A stretch of DNA of 63,260 bases, filler included, from 12 parts of 12 records of this genome joined end to end with filler, not necessarily neighbours in it, one strand, 5' to 3'. Shown: positions 35,135 to 49,032, counted from the first letter of the whole stretch. Made by a program: numbers and translations. Notes: a model not told the origin generated them from the sequence alone.

Positions 35135-37419
35135 TTACTCAAGCTCCTCGCCTGCGAAGTGTTTCAGTAGTCCAGGCCAATGTGGATATCCCCACCCCGT
35201 CTGCGGATCCCAGCCCTTTGCTGCCGGAAAGTAGCTTCCGCAGCCGCAGCTGGTGTTGCTTGGCGTTGCTAGATCAACAAATGCCTCTCCAGGATGCTCC
35301 TGAGCCACCTTCCAGATGCGAGGCACGACAAAACCAAGGGAGGGCAGACCTTTCGACAAGCGAACATCGTTGACCAGAGAGAGAATGCCTGCCATTGTCG
35401 GCGTGGACGCGGAAGTTCCTCCGCAAATGCTTTTTTCACAACGCCCGTCAAAGCACAGTGGAACACCGTCCATGAAGGCAGACACATCCGGATAAGCACG
35501 GCCCGTGTGATTGTACTGATCAGGTGAAGGAGTGCCCGGACTGCCCTCCACACTCTTCAGATACAACGTCACTGCGTGTGACTACAAACGCGAACCACTG
35601 TCACTAACTCTACCCATGACCCGCCAGCAGCTACAGTTGTGGTAGCTGTCCAACCACGCAAACAGCAGGGACTGCGATCACTTACCTGAAAGTCTGGCGC
35701 TGCGAACTCATCCGAGAAGCCTCCACCTGTACAGCCCTCGTGCTGTGACCAAGCCGATGCTTCCGCCGGATTGTTGTTCTTCCACGTCACCTGTCATAGC
35801 ACCAGCCGACTGGTGGTCTCACGACACAGGTTTGGAAATCACAAAACGCTGAGATTGTTAGAAGGGTGACGTACGCCACCAACCGCCAAAATGTAGGGGC
35901 TGTTCGCGGGGAAGAGGGGAGACATGGTGCTGCACCCAACCTGCACAAATACCATCGCGACGCATTTGAAAATAATGAGAAGTAGGATAGAAAACTGTCT
36001 GACCAATGCTTCACACCTTGTTGAGGACCCTCCCGATTGGATCTCGGTTGCTGAACGGGCCAAAGGACCAGTGTGGTCCGCCGTCGCCAGACGCACCGAG
36101 CACGGTCACTCCGCGCACGCCCATCATTTTAAACGCGTCGGATATCCGCGCCTGCTGTGCCTCGGACGCGTAGAGGCAGACCTGTCACGCCCGCCCGCGC
36201 TAGGCACACTCAGATTTCAAGCTTTTGCCTTCGCTTTGTATAATATTCTCACCTGGCGCTGTTTTTGCATGTAATCGTGGCACTGACTGTATGTAAATGC
36301 GCTTGACTTTTCGACTCCCTTGCATAGTGCATCGCATGCGTCGAAGGCCAAGCTTCCAAGGGAGAGTGACAGGACCAGCGGCAGACCGTGTCCTTGTTCG
36401 CGCTGTGCGATCTCCTCGAAAGCAATAACTGTCGCAATGCCCTGCCCCTCACCTGTGACAAACGAATAGGACCCTCACTGTTCGACTTGCGGTCGAGACG
36501 ACAGCACAAATTTTGCGCACCTTCTTCTGTGGCCATGCTGATGTTTGTGTTGGAGACAAGCGTCCGCGTCCCTTTGCCAAATGAGGAGATGTACGTTGTG
36601 TCCAGCGTGCCTTCCAGAAAATTGTCGCCGCGCTCCATGCCATGGTGCACCGTGTCGTACCTGCGGCCAATTCCAAGACTCATCTAGCGTGCAAGTGAAT
36701 TGCTCGCAGCAAGAATGTTGCGCGAAGACGTACGCAACATCGTCCAGGTCGCAGTCCTCGCAATACTCGTCATAAAACATGCCGAGCTCTGTCTTGTTCA
36801 CACCGAAGGTGCCACATCCCCAGACCATCTGTAGATTGCTTGAATTGCGTGAGCGCTGCGACTGTGGTAGCGCGTAGAAGTCTCGCTGCCGTGCGGGGGT
36901 ACCCAGGTTGACCTGCGGTGGCGGCGATTGAGCCTGCTGAGCCATCGTCGGTGCCTCGTGTGCGACGCGGAAGCTACCTAGATCAGCGTTGCTGCTTGCT
37001 CCGTCGACGTGGACGAACTCCACAACTGTCGCGAGCGACTCCGGTGGCGTGAGAAGGTGCGAAGCTGGGCAGTGTGCTGCAGTCACTGCATCGCCTGTCT
37101 GAACAACTGTTGGAGAATCGCAGCCTGCCTCGTGCAACCACGCCACGACTGCAGCGGTATCAGCCGACGCGGATGCGCGCAGCACCGAAAGTTGAGCGGG
37201 TGTGAGATACTGTTGGTACTGCGGATTTCCGGGCTCAGAAATGGCCCAGAAAAGCCTCTCCAGCTCAGCCAGATTCGCCGCAGTTCGCCGCACACCCACC
37301 CGAACCGTGCCGCCAGCGGGTGCGATAGCGCCACACTGTAGGATTGCCAAGGTAGTCACTGTCACTGTCACCTGCAGCAGCCAGAAACACGTACGGCTAG
37401 GATACGACGGCTGACCCAT
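35135..37419 (-). CDS. Peptidase S53 (sedolisin / tripeptidyl-peptidase I-like) with pro-domain, multi-exon
   Basis: Pro-region LERLFWAISEPGNPQYQQYLT, catalytic motifs EGTLD, SGDGG and GGTSASTP, plus GRAYPDVSA and GWDPQTGWGYP. Confidence 0.92.
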
Positions 37420-38230
37420 ACGCACGGACCACAGCGAGCGCTCCTCACGGCGCGCGCGAACAGCTAGCGCGAGTTCGCGAGGGTGCGTACTATACAACCT
37501 CGGCCTCTCTAGACAAAAGACACAAATATGGTACACGCGAGTACCCGCGCGAGCGTGCGCACACGCGCGCGCGCGCTCTCGCGCGCGCGCCGGCGGAAAC
37601 ATGCACGCGATACGATTTGCATATTAGAATATTCGGGACACGACAACCCTCAGTCTTTTGTATGTATTGTAAGAATTGCCTTCCGCGCCCGACNNNNNNN
37701 NNNNNNNNNNNNNNNNNNNNNNNNNNNNNNNNNNNNNTTAATTAATTAANNNNNNNNNNNNNNNNNNNNNNNNNNNNNNNNNNNNNNNNNNNNGTCTGAG
37801 TTTGCAGCACTGTTCCGCAAGCGACATGTAATAGTACGCACCCTGGGCACTGAACGCAGCGCCGCGCCACAGCCTAGGAATTCTAGTTTTGTGCCGTATA
37901 TGTGCGAATCATTGCCACGCCCTAGGGAGAGGAAGAGCGGCAGAGAGGGTGGCACGACCCCGAGAACAAAGGGGGCGAGAACATGCCAATGGGAACTTGG
38001 GCCTCGGGGGCAGGTTGACGATGTATTTTCAATGCGTATGAAAGCAGCAGCAGATAGCGCACACGTGATATAGTTCATACTAAAGTTTGGGAAATGAAGT
38101 GTTCGGCTTTTCAGTTTGTATTTATTGGGGGAGCGCCCGGTATGATAGCACTACCCGTGCAAAGTTAACGCTGCGGTCATACCTGCCATACCGTTCCACC
38201 ACGGCGTGCGAGCCTGAAATTCGGCCCCGC

Positions 38231-41200
38231 TTACTTCATAAGTAGCACTTCCTTGGCCCAGAGCACCAGCTGTTCGTCGGTTGGCAGCGTGCTAACGGTG
38301 GAACTCGGTTCGTTCTTGGGCTTCCAGACCGTGTCAAAGTCGCCGCATTTGAGCGCGTGGGCAGACCCGTTGTGGGTGAAATATTCATTTGAGTCGAAGG
38401 TGATGCCGCACTCGGACTGTGGGTTCCGGTCAGCAGGAGAGTGCCAGGGGAGCATCGGGGCGTTGCCGGGGCAATCGCATCCAGAGAGAGAACCGAAAAG
38501 ATTGTTGGAGCTGCGCACAGACAGTTGCAGCTACTAAGAACGGGCCATTTCAAGGACATGACTGTCGGGAGATGGCAAATGGCTCACCGGGGGAGGATGC
38601 ACTTGTTGTTGTTGTATGGAACGCCGTGCTCAGGGAGGAATGACCAGATATTGAGGCAGTTCTGGCCGTCGTTGCCGTCGTGATCGCCACCGTCACCGTG
38701 GTAAATGACATTGTGGGTAACGGCAGAGTCGTGACCTCCATAATCCATCTTCCATGCATCCTGTCGCAGAGAGGCACGTGGTGCAACACAGCACAAACAA
38801 CCTGAGAGCGTGCGAACTGCCATACGTATAACCGGACAGAACGACGACCCTGTCTGCGCAGCCTGTAGCGCAACACTCCAATGCAAACTTACTGCCTCGA
38901 AGAAGAAATTGTGAGTTATGTTGTACCTGATCGGGCCGAGCAATTGACGTCAGCCCGACTGAGAACCTGTCCAGCAGATTCGGACAGTAAAACGCCGGCA
39001 ACTCGAGTCGTGGTCAAAACGCACCAAGACGATCCATCATCCGTATCGAAACCCTGCGAGGCTCCATCTGATAGGCACACATGTCGTTCACCGTCCAGTC
39101 ACAATGGTCAGCGGCGCTCATTTGCTCGGCTACTCACGGTCGGTCAGCCAGGATTCCAGCAGATACTAGCAATTTACTACCGTCAACAGTGACTGACGAT
39201 TCAGTAGTAAAAACTGTATGTGAAAACGGTCACGTACAGTTTGCGATAATGAAATTGTTCTGGACGTTGTTCATCTGTGCAGTGTAGGAGGGAGTACCGT
39301 ACTTGACATCCGATAGATACGCTGTGCGATCCCACCTGTAGTGCCACACACATGATACACACATCGATGTGAGCAAAGCAACGATGCATGGACGAAATGC
39401 GACTTACGAGTTCATTGCACCATGGTCGCCAGACTCTCGGCATTGGTTAAAAATGAGGTTGGAGGTTACGTTCGTGCCTCCGCCAAAGCCATCATTGAAA
39501 TTGATTCCGGCGCGCGGTGCGTTGAACATGATGTTATTTTCGACGTTGACCAGGCACGCTTTGTTGTTACTCCAGAAGCTTGACTGCTTCTCGTAGTGGC
39601 CCCACTCGTGTGCGTAGTTGCGCTTGATTTCAGTGTAGCGTGGCTGCTGTCCATCGGTACCATCATTCTCGTTAGTGTACCCCCAGCTTGCCATCGGATT
39701 GTCCGCAATCCAAGAAAACTCGTTATCAGCGATCGTTACGTTGCGTGTCCAGCCACTAACAAAGACACCGTTTCCATCCAGTCTTGTGAGGAGGTTGTGC
39801 TGGACAGTCACGCTCTCGGCGCCCTCGATGAAGATCGCACCGCCGCGGTACAGTCCCCAATCACCTCCAGAGGGCACCCCCCATTCATTCATCGTAATGT
39901 CAGCGGCGTCACGGAAGACCAGGCCCTGGATGGTGATGTCCTCGACTGGAGCGGCCTTAGTGCCGTTCATTGAGATCAAGGTCTCGAGCTGGACGGCGAT
40001 GTACTCAGTGGAGGGTGGCGGGGCACCAGAAGTAGCATTGGGGATTAGGTAGAGCTTGTGCTCGGCCGGGTCGAAAAACCATTCGTTCTGCGTGTCGAGG
40101 GCTTCCCACACATTTTCGATCATCCAACCCCCAGCGGAGAGGTAGTTGGAGGTCGGATCGAGGAACTCTGTCTTGTTGCCTACCTGCCACCCACGCCCGC
40201 CCTGCCAGCCACCCACTGGGTGAGCGAAGCCGTCTGGGTCGGTCCAGGTCTTGAAGGCGACAGAGCCGGTGGTGGCGTCGTTGGTGTCAAGCTCGAACAT
40301 GTTAACAAACCAGCCCTGGGCCCGAAAGGCGTGCATGATGCCGCCCGCTGGGTTCTTCAGCGAGGAAAGCCAGGGCCCTTGCTTAGTCGCGTCGGCAGGG
40401 TCGTAGTCGAATCCGTACGGGAGCTGAGCCGAGAGGCCGACGCTGGTGTTGTCACGAGGATCATTATACCCAACCCAACCACCAGCAGAGGAGTTACCAC
40501 AGAAGTAGTTGCCCATCTTGCCGTAGGGGGAGTGGTCGCCTGGCCAGGCGGCGCAGCAGCCGCCATGTCCATTGCTGTATGTGTTGTACGTGTTCCACAT
40601 GGCGCTGTCGTTCTTGCAAGGCTGGCCGCTCGGCAGCTTGTGGTTGCTGTCACAGTTGCGCAGGTCCATGTACACTGTTTTGGCGTGCCCGACGCAGGCT
40701 GTGTTTTGGTGCCAGCGCTTCACGCCACCGTGGAAGCAGCGGTTGTTGCCGGGGGCGTTGCACAGCTCTGCACCCTGCGAGCCGTCCGTGTCCGCGTTCG
40801 GCTCGCGCGCACGAGTGACGCGGCGGTGCGGATCCAGAGTCTGCAGGCCACGAATTTCTTCAATGTGCGTAGGCACGTCGGTAACCCAGATATTCCAGGA
40901 CGAGTTAGCAACCGGACGGGTCGACTTGGTCCACTTTGGCGCGAGCTTGACGCCGCCCGATACGATTGCCTTGCCCTCAGAGCCCTTGGCTGCGGTGATG
41001 GTGAGGCCAGCGTCAGTGGCAGCGACGTCGATGGTTGCGTTGAGATAGTGCACACCCGCCTGCAGGACAATGGCGGCCGGCGCAGTGCGGGCTGGCGTGG
41101 TGCGGGTAGCCGCAAGGGCCCGGTGGATCGTAAGAAACGGGGCCGCCTCGGTGCCGTCAGCCTCGTCGCTGCCACTTGTCGGGTGAACGTGGAACGTGAG

Positions 41201-41539
41201 CTCGGGGGAGCACCCATGGTCGGGAACAGCAGCGTGGGGCGCCTTGCCCAGGTGCGTCGGGCGGGTCACCCCGCACGTGGTCTCGAGGTTCAGCGCGTCG
41301 AACGTCTCTAGCTGCGGACTGCGCGCTGGGATGATTGTCAGCGCGTATTCGTACGCGAGCATGCGACCGTGACAGTCTGTGCTGTTGTGAATGTCGCGCA
41401 TCTTGCTGCCCTCCGCGTTTTCGCAGAGGCCGGCAGCGCAATGGCCCTTCAGCTCGGCCCACATCGAGGCAGTGTCGACCTGAGTTGTGGCTGCCGCATT
41501 TGTAGCGAGAGACAGCGCAGCAGCCAGAGCGAGGGACAT
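38231..41539 (-). CDS. Secreted right-handed beta-helix (pectin-lyase fold, GH141-like) protein, multi-exon
   Basis: Signal peptide, then FHVHPTSGSDEADGTEAAPFLTIHRAL, ENVWEALDTQNEWFFD, PSGGDW and beta-helix repeats (NNIMFNAPRAGINFNDGFGGG, NLIFNQCRESGDHG). Further exons carry DTDDGSSWCV and end EVLLMK* at 38231. Confidence 0.85.
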
Positions 41540-42165
41540 CGTGGTATCGTCGTCGCGCCTACAGCTGCAGACTATTAAATACCGTACTGTAGATTGATAT
41601 GTGGCGCGCGCCCGCGAGCGCGCGGGTGCGCACGAGTCGCGCGTGCATGCTGATCCTCACCACGAGCGCGTGCACGCGGTAGACCGCTACTAGTAGCTAC
41701 GGTAGACATGCCGCTAGCTGGCCGCTAGACCGGCCAGCACATGAGGAATCACGCAACCCAAGATCATAAGAATTGCTCACTCAGCAGNNNNNNNNNNNNN
41801 NNNNNNNNNNNNNNNNNNNNNNNNNNNNNNNTTAATTAATTAANNNNNNNNNNNNNNNNNNNNNNNNNNNNNNNNNNNNNNNNNNNNTTTCGCCGAGGGA
41901 GGGAGTTTTGTCACGCGCAGAAACAAGAGTAGACGCATGAAAAACGATGTGGACTGGACACATACACTGGACCATCGGCTCGTTATTTACACCATGCTGC
42001 TATGCACGCACAAGTACGGTATGCCTTTAGGGCTGCTAGTTGCCGCATCGAAGGACCTCCACGACGCACAATCAACTTCACCGGAATGACAAGTCTCTGT
42101 CTCCATTTTTCACCGGACGGCAAGACATGGCCGCCATAGCGTAGCAATAGAGCCTCATCTCACAC

Positions 42166-45100
42166 CTAGCTAATCACACACTGGTCTGTCAGGGCAGGCG
42201 GTGGGAGTCGCTCCTCCGTGGGCACGCTCGCCACATCCTGATGTTCGGTTCCATGTTTGGGCGTGCTCTCTGATGTCTCTGGTACCGTAGCAAAGTCATC
42301 GTCGTCCTCACCGTACAGTAGTCCTAAGTCAGCGACCGTTCCCTCACGTTTCAACATACCCACACCCTGTGCGCGAGTTTGCCCAGCGATCACATCTGGC
42401 AAGGCTTCGTACTCGTTATCACGCGATGACGTGGCGTCGTCACGCGCCAGTTCAATTGTTGGCAACACAAACTCCACATCCTTGATCACGAACACCATCC
42501 AGCACACGCAAAGGATAATCACTACGTTCATCAGATAAAGTGCGAAAGAGATGGCTCCTGCAGCCAGTAGCTGCTCTCGCATCGGGAGACCTCCGAGCCC
42601 CTCGAAATCAGATGTTGCGAAAAGGCCATCGCTCGCCTGCTGGTGATCTTCGTTCCACTGCCAAGAGTCCTCGTCAGCCCATAGCGGTCCCAGCAGTGCG
42701 TACGACACACACATGCCGCTGTTGACGACTGGAGGCAGAAGGCTCGCTGAGATTGCAACTCCCACTAGTGCATTGGTCCCACCAGATGACGCGCCATTGC
42801 CCACAACGATCCCACTCGCAAGTGCAAAGACGATCCCAACAAGGAAGTTATGGAAGTCACCACGCCCAACCATTTCGTCCGTAATTGGTGGCGCCCAGCC
42901 ACGCGAGTGCGTACCACCCCACCAGTTGCCTGTAAAGTTATCTGAACGTGTGATACTCAAAAACAGTGGCGCGATGCTGAAGCCCATCAACCATGCAACA
43001 ATCGCTGCAATAACTTCGCTTCGTGCACCCTGTTTCATGAGCTCGAGCTTTGCAATCTTGATATCCTTCGATTTCTGCCGCAGCACAAAAAGCGGTGGCA
43101 GAACGAGGATGAGCAGTTGTGCGTGGTACGTGTGTGGTGGAGTGCAAAACGACTACCATAAGCGTAGGTCATGATTCACGCAGACCTTGTATGTCATGGA
43201 AATAGCTGACACAAGACGCACGTGGACCGTCTTTGTACCCTTGGAGGTTGTACTTGGGACAATTTCTAGCTCTCGCGGCTTGTCGCCGCCAACAGGCTTC
43301 TGAGCAAGAGAAGCCTCGTACTTCTTTACATCCAAGGTCTCCGCGGGATCCCACTCCACCTCGTACAGTGTCTCAGCTTCTGCCCTACTCTTTGCGACGG
43401 CCCCCGTTGGTTCTTCACCCGGTGGACGCTTCACAACTCGCCGAACCGTGGCGCAGTGCCCGAGGTAGGGGACCATCGTGCCCGGGGTAAGCGGGCGCAG
43501 AAGCACCGCCTCAGGTTTGCTGAGCTCGCTCTCTGAAACAGGAAACGACAGCTCGTCGGGTGCCTCCATTTCATCGTCCCACTCTGCATGCCATTCGTTC
43601 TCAGCAACCATCGGTTTTACAAGCCAAGTTGTTATATGCCCACCGTCCTGGTTGTTCTCTGGGGTGTCTTTCAGGCTCACCAGTTTTCCAAGCCGCCTCT
43701 TCATCTCACCGTTATTCTTCCCTTTGTCAAAACAAATTGTCTCTGGCAGCTGCACGACGTCACCAACTTTCAGAGGTTGTCTATACGTTTCTGACAGGTT
43801 CGTCAGGTCTCCCATGTCCTTGACCGCACGCAACTCCGTGCGCCGCACCGTTTGACTGGCCTTCGTTTTTATTGCCATCGCAAATGTGATGGCCAGAATT
43901 GGCCCCATCATCGGACTGATAAGCATACTTGCCACGAGCATCACCGACGAGTTTGTGAAGAGTCCAACTGCAGCAATGACCCCAGCGCACGCCAAACCCC
44001 ACATGAACTCGCCAGTCAAATCACACCCACTTTTTATGTTTGTATATATCTCCTCAATCGGCAGCCGATCTGTCGGATAAAACCAGGACGCACAGGAAGG
44101 CTCAGTATTGTCTGTAAACTGCTCGGGCGTGGGTTTCGCTACGCAGACGTCCAGAACTGTCACAACACCATAGCGGGAGCCAAGCCAGCTCAGTCCGTTC
44201 CCTTCTACGCACTCGCGCTCCAGATTACGGAGAAGTTGATCTAGTCGACCGATCGTACAATTGACCCACAGGATAGTAGCCCCAACAGCTTCGATGCGCA
44301 CTACCTGTTCCTTTCCACGTTCAGACCTGGAGTCCTCTGTGGCATTCGCCCTCGACATGTTCTTGTTACTCAGTACGGACAGCACCTGCTCAAGTTTTGT
44401 CTCGAAGTCTGTTGCCTTGCTCGTTGCATCTTTTTCTTTCTTGTGTGCCTCGGACCGCTTCTGGGCCAGTTGCGCAGTGGTCTTGTCAAGCAACGCCTTC
44501 GCCATCTTAGCAAAATTCCATGCGTGCTTGATCTCCTGTTTCTTCTTACCTGTACCTAGTGACTGCATCCGGAGAAGGGGCTGCGCTCTCGCTATCTGTA
44601 GAAGTGTGTTGCTTTGCGTCCGAACCAGATCTTGAGTTTCGTTGGCAGCACTTGTATCGAAGGCTGTCGTGATTGTAGAATGCTCCAAAACGATCTCCTT
44701 CAGTGTTGATTCCATCGCACTGTTCACATTCCAGATCGACTCTTCTTCTACCAGCAACTTTTTCACAATGACTTCCTCTAGCTCAGCACACGTTTTCACT
44801 GCCACCCGCTGCTTTGTTTGGCCTGTCGTTGACGAAATCAAGACTGGGCACAACCGGTCAATTTCGGTATTGTCGCTCAATTCAGTAATCTCCTCAGGAG
44901 CCAGGACAAACCCAACTCCCTTGGTCTTCACCTCACTTGTCTTGTTGCCGGGTACAGGACTGGGCTTCACACTCTCAGCAAGCTCTTGAATAAACTTATT
45001 GCCGGGTTCATCCTTGAGTCCGTCCTGATAAACTTTTGCTACTTGTGCCGCCCGCTCTGCAGACTTATCCTTGTCGTATGAAGAAACGGCATCCCTAGCC

Positions 45101-47067
45101 TCATCCTGCAACCTCTTCGCCGACAGCGAGTCGAGAGTCCTTTTGAGCTTGAGCAGTTCCAACTTCACGCGCTTCAACACCGCCTTTCCAATGTTTTCAC
45201 GTACTTTTAGCCGCAACTTGTTCTTCTTATCGTCCGGAATAACCCAACCTCGGAAGTGCTGGTACGTCAGCAGCAGTGGTGCCGGGGTCGACGTCGTCGC
45301 TGTATTACTGCTACCACTATGTTGTAGTAGAGGTTCAATCTCTGTTACATCGGTCACGGGCACATCTACAATCGATGTGGCGGTGCTAGAGGTTGGTACC
45401 AGCACTTCTGCATCATCTTGCTTCTGGTGAGACTCAGAATGCCCAGGCAACGTCTGTAGCTCCACCGCTGGCTGCATATGTTCATCAAGCAGGCAGCACC
45501 ACCCACGTTTTGTTCGTACTAGGCCACGTGGACGAGAAGAGTCTTTGTATGGCCCGTCGAGCACACGCAGTGACGCACCATGGCCAAGTATATGTCTAGG
45601 TCCAGGCGCAGCTGAAGACTCGGGATCAGGCTCGGGCTGATCCACCAGTACACTAGCTTCACCCGATGCCGCAGCAGAACTGGGACTGAGCTCGTCGCTA
45701 CACCTGACACCGCGCTCGTGCAGGACCAGCACACGTTTGCTGAGTATGTGTGAACTATCTTCCGGAATGTTCGTATACCGTCCAACTACAACATGTCGTC
45801 CCACCAGTGTAGCAGCGTACTTTTCCAATCTCTCAACGCCACTGCCGATCCCTGTCACTTCGTGATCAAGCCCGAGCTCGTGCGCCACCTCAATAATCAT
45901 TCGTCGCTCAAACTTGGTCGTCGCACGACTCCTTGCACCCACCTGAAACTCTGTGCAAATGATCGGACGCTTACCATCCCTCGCGACGACCACGTCGCGG
46001 AACCCGCGCACGAAGTCGGATGTAGATTTGGGCACTTGGTTGCCTGCGCCACTCTCGACAACGTACGAATTGCAGCCACCATCGGTGTCGTCAGTCTTTT
46101 GCGCTAGTAGCTTGCTTTTGGTTGCTCCAGCTGGTGATACTAGCGACGTCTGGTGATTTAATGCGTCAGCCTTCGTAGAAAAGCCGACCATAACCGGTGC
46201 GTCGGAGGCACTGTTCACATCCGTTGTAGCTAAATTGAATTCCTTCACAAAAAGCGCTGCGACCTCGTGAGTCGGTGCTCCCGACGCAAAGAGCGTGAGC
46301 ACATGGCGATACTTTGCGCGCAGTTGAACCGACCTCCATAGATCTGGGCGGGAATTCGCATGTTTGTCGGCGCCACTACTACTGCTGCTGCTGCAGCTGA
46401 CGGTGGTGCCAGCACCCGCAATAGCAGGTTGAAGTGTAGGAGAGCTCCGGTTCGATGGTGCCACTGCCGGTGTGGCTTCGGCTGAGGCGACGACCTGTTC
46501 CGCAAAGTGCGCAGTCTCTTCCTCCGAGAGTCCGTCGTAGAGGCGGACAATGCTGTTAACTAGAGACAAACGGGTGCTTGGATCGACCTCTGATACTGCA
46601 CCGATACACTCAATCCCGTCTCGCTCAGCACGAGCGACCAGCGCTTCGGTGTCGAGACGTTGAAGCTCTTCACGAAGCTTCGAAATCTGTCACATCCGCC
46701 ACAGGTACGCGCGTGCCGAGAATGGCAGAACAAGTGAGAGAATGTGCGATGGCAATGGATTTGGGCTCGCTCGCAACCAGCGCACCTCCTGAACTCGCTC
46801 GGGGTCGCGCGGAATCTCGTCACTCCAGTACTGCTCGAGGAAGAGAGCCAAGCCCGGCACCGTCGCTGACTGGTCGCTTGCCCCAGCGTCGCACATGTCC
46901 CGCAGCAATTTCGCTGCCCTGTCATCCTTTTGCTGGAACGAGCGCTGTTTCTCAGCAATCTCCTTCTCCATGTCCTGGACCTCCACCGCGCAGGCCTCCG
47001 CCTCGCGCTGTGCCTGCAAGAAGAACTGCGGCAGCTGCACCTCGAGCCGCCGATATGAGGAGCCCAT
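42166..47067 (-). CDS. Large DUF389-domain membrane protein with long N-terminal region, multi-exon
   Basis: AGVIAAVGLFTNSSVMLVASMLISPMMGPILAITF and ALVGVAISASLLPPVVNSG are DUF389 signature segments. ATG at 47067, with an intron near 46690-46787 joining the upstream ORF. Confidence 0.8.
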
Positions 47068-47693
47068 CACGCGCAGTCGACTATGCAACAAGTTCCACCT
47101 ACCGTACCTTTTTAAACACCAGTGTTAAAAGGTAGTGCTACGTACACTGTAGCCCCTATACCCACACCGACTGTAGCCCCTGTACCCCCGCCCGCCGCCA
47201 CATCGCGATACGACGGAAACAGCTATATCGATGATACTAGTACACTGTGTATTCTGGATACAAAACGAATGTGCGCACTGGGCGCGCATGCCGCTTGCCG
47301 CCGGTCGCGACGATGAGACTGCATCAGTGCCCAGGTTGACCTGGAGTACCAGACGCTGGTGTTGTTTCAGGTTTTGCATACTGTACCTTACAAACCGTAC
47401 TACCTTAAGGTATAAACTATAATACAGCTGTAGTAGGCACGTGTACCGGTATGATTACTGTACCGGTACCAGTATTGATATTAGACTGATAAATACCGTG
47501 CACCCCTTTGATCACCTCGATCTCGCTGCTTGTTCTTGCGGATTCCTCGGCAAATTCGCATTATTTTGACTGTGCAGAGGGTTGAATCCTGACCCAGCCT
47601 GTGATTGGCTGGGGAGAGTGGTCGCCGAGTTTTCCGCACCGCACTCAGTGGTGTGGTGGCACCCGCAGGAGGGTGGGAAGGGGTCGTCCGTCG

Positions 47694-48870
47694 ATGGAGG
47701 GCGCCGCGGCGGATGCGCGAGCACCGTTCGCGCGCTACCGTATTTCGTCACACGCGCCGCTTGACGCCATCACCGGGCGCCGCCAGTGCCCCGGCTGCAG
47801 CAAGAAGCGGAAGCATTACTGCTACGACTGCCTGCGCCCGATGAACCCGGCAGATGAGGTACCGAAGGTGGAGCTCCCGTGCGACGTGCACGTCATAAAG
47901 CACCCACAGGAGCACAACAGCAAGAGCACCGGCGTGCACGCTCCGATACTATCAGCGGCACGGCTAATATCGTACGAACAGGGCGTAGAGCTGCCGGCGT
48001 ATGATCCGGCGTCCACGGTGCTGCTTTTCCCTTCCCCGCGCTCGACATCGCTGCGCGACATGGGGGCCAAGCTGCAGGGCGTCAAGGTCGCCATCATTGT
48101 TGACTGCACAGTGCGCATCGAATCCGGCTGTGCCTCTTTTTGTTGACCAAATGCTGCACTAGTCCCTGACCATATGTACCATGATCTGTTCGCAGTGGTC
48201 GCAGGCCCATGGTATTCTGTCAGACGCGCGCCTAAGCCGCCTCCCGCACGTCCACATCGAAGCAGAGAAGACGCTGTTTTGGAGATACCAGAAGGGCAAG
48301 ACGGAGGACCACCTGGCGACTATCGAGGCGGTGTATTTCTTCTGCCGCCAGTTCCACCAGGCGCTGCACGGGGCAGCTGTGCCCGGATGGACAGAATATA
48401 CCGGCCAGTACGACGACTTGCTGTACTACTACGCCTATCAGTACGAGCTTGTTCAGCGCGTGTACCGGGAGCGCCTCTCGGCAACGGCAGGCGACCGCAA
48501 GGGTGATCAAGAGACGATCGAAGAGGCTGAGGTAGCGAGCCTGGCCGGTGTCCCGGCGTCTCGGCTGCCTGCTGCCCTGTCGCTGCTGCGCAGGCATCGG
48601 GAAGTTGACCCCGATAGTGGAGATGAAGTTCGGGGGCGTAGAGGCAGCCAGCTGATCTCAAGCGCGGGCCAGGCCACAAGCACGCTGCAAGCCATGGGAG
48701 CCTGCGAGATCGGCGCCAGGGTTTGTGCGACAGGAACAGCAACGAAAGGTACAGCTGCTGAGCTTCATGATGGTGTCACATCTGTGCGAAGTCCTGGCGT
48801 GACGGACGGCGAACCTTTGCACCCAGCAAAGCAGCAACGCACTGCCGCTATAGACGAACAGAAGTGCTGA
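47694..48870 (+). CDS. DTWD1: tRNA-uridine aminocarboxypropyltransferase 1 (DTW domain)
   Basis: RRQCPGCSKKRKHYCYDC, IKHPQEHNSKSTG and LLFPS. The DCT|W motif is rebuilt across intron 48111-48195. Also FWRYQ, HLATIEA and YDDLLYY. Confidence 0.9.
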
Positions 48871-49032
48871 CAGATCGTCGGTGTACACTACAATTGCATC
48901 AACGAATTGGGGCATTGCTAGAGCATGTATACGAAGTCTGATTCTCACTAGGCGCAATGTTGCATTACCAACGCAATCTCGAGCGTCATACATGATTGCC
49001 ACCGATTTGGTCGTAGGTTATCGCTGCTGAAG

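Noticed and set aside
47090-47510. TAC/GTA-rich palindromic stretch as a MITE or ncRNA
   Set aside because: No terminal inverted repeats, target-site duplication or RNA-gene signature identified. Best read as the divergent promoter region between the DUF389 gene and DTWD1.
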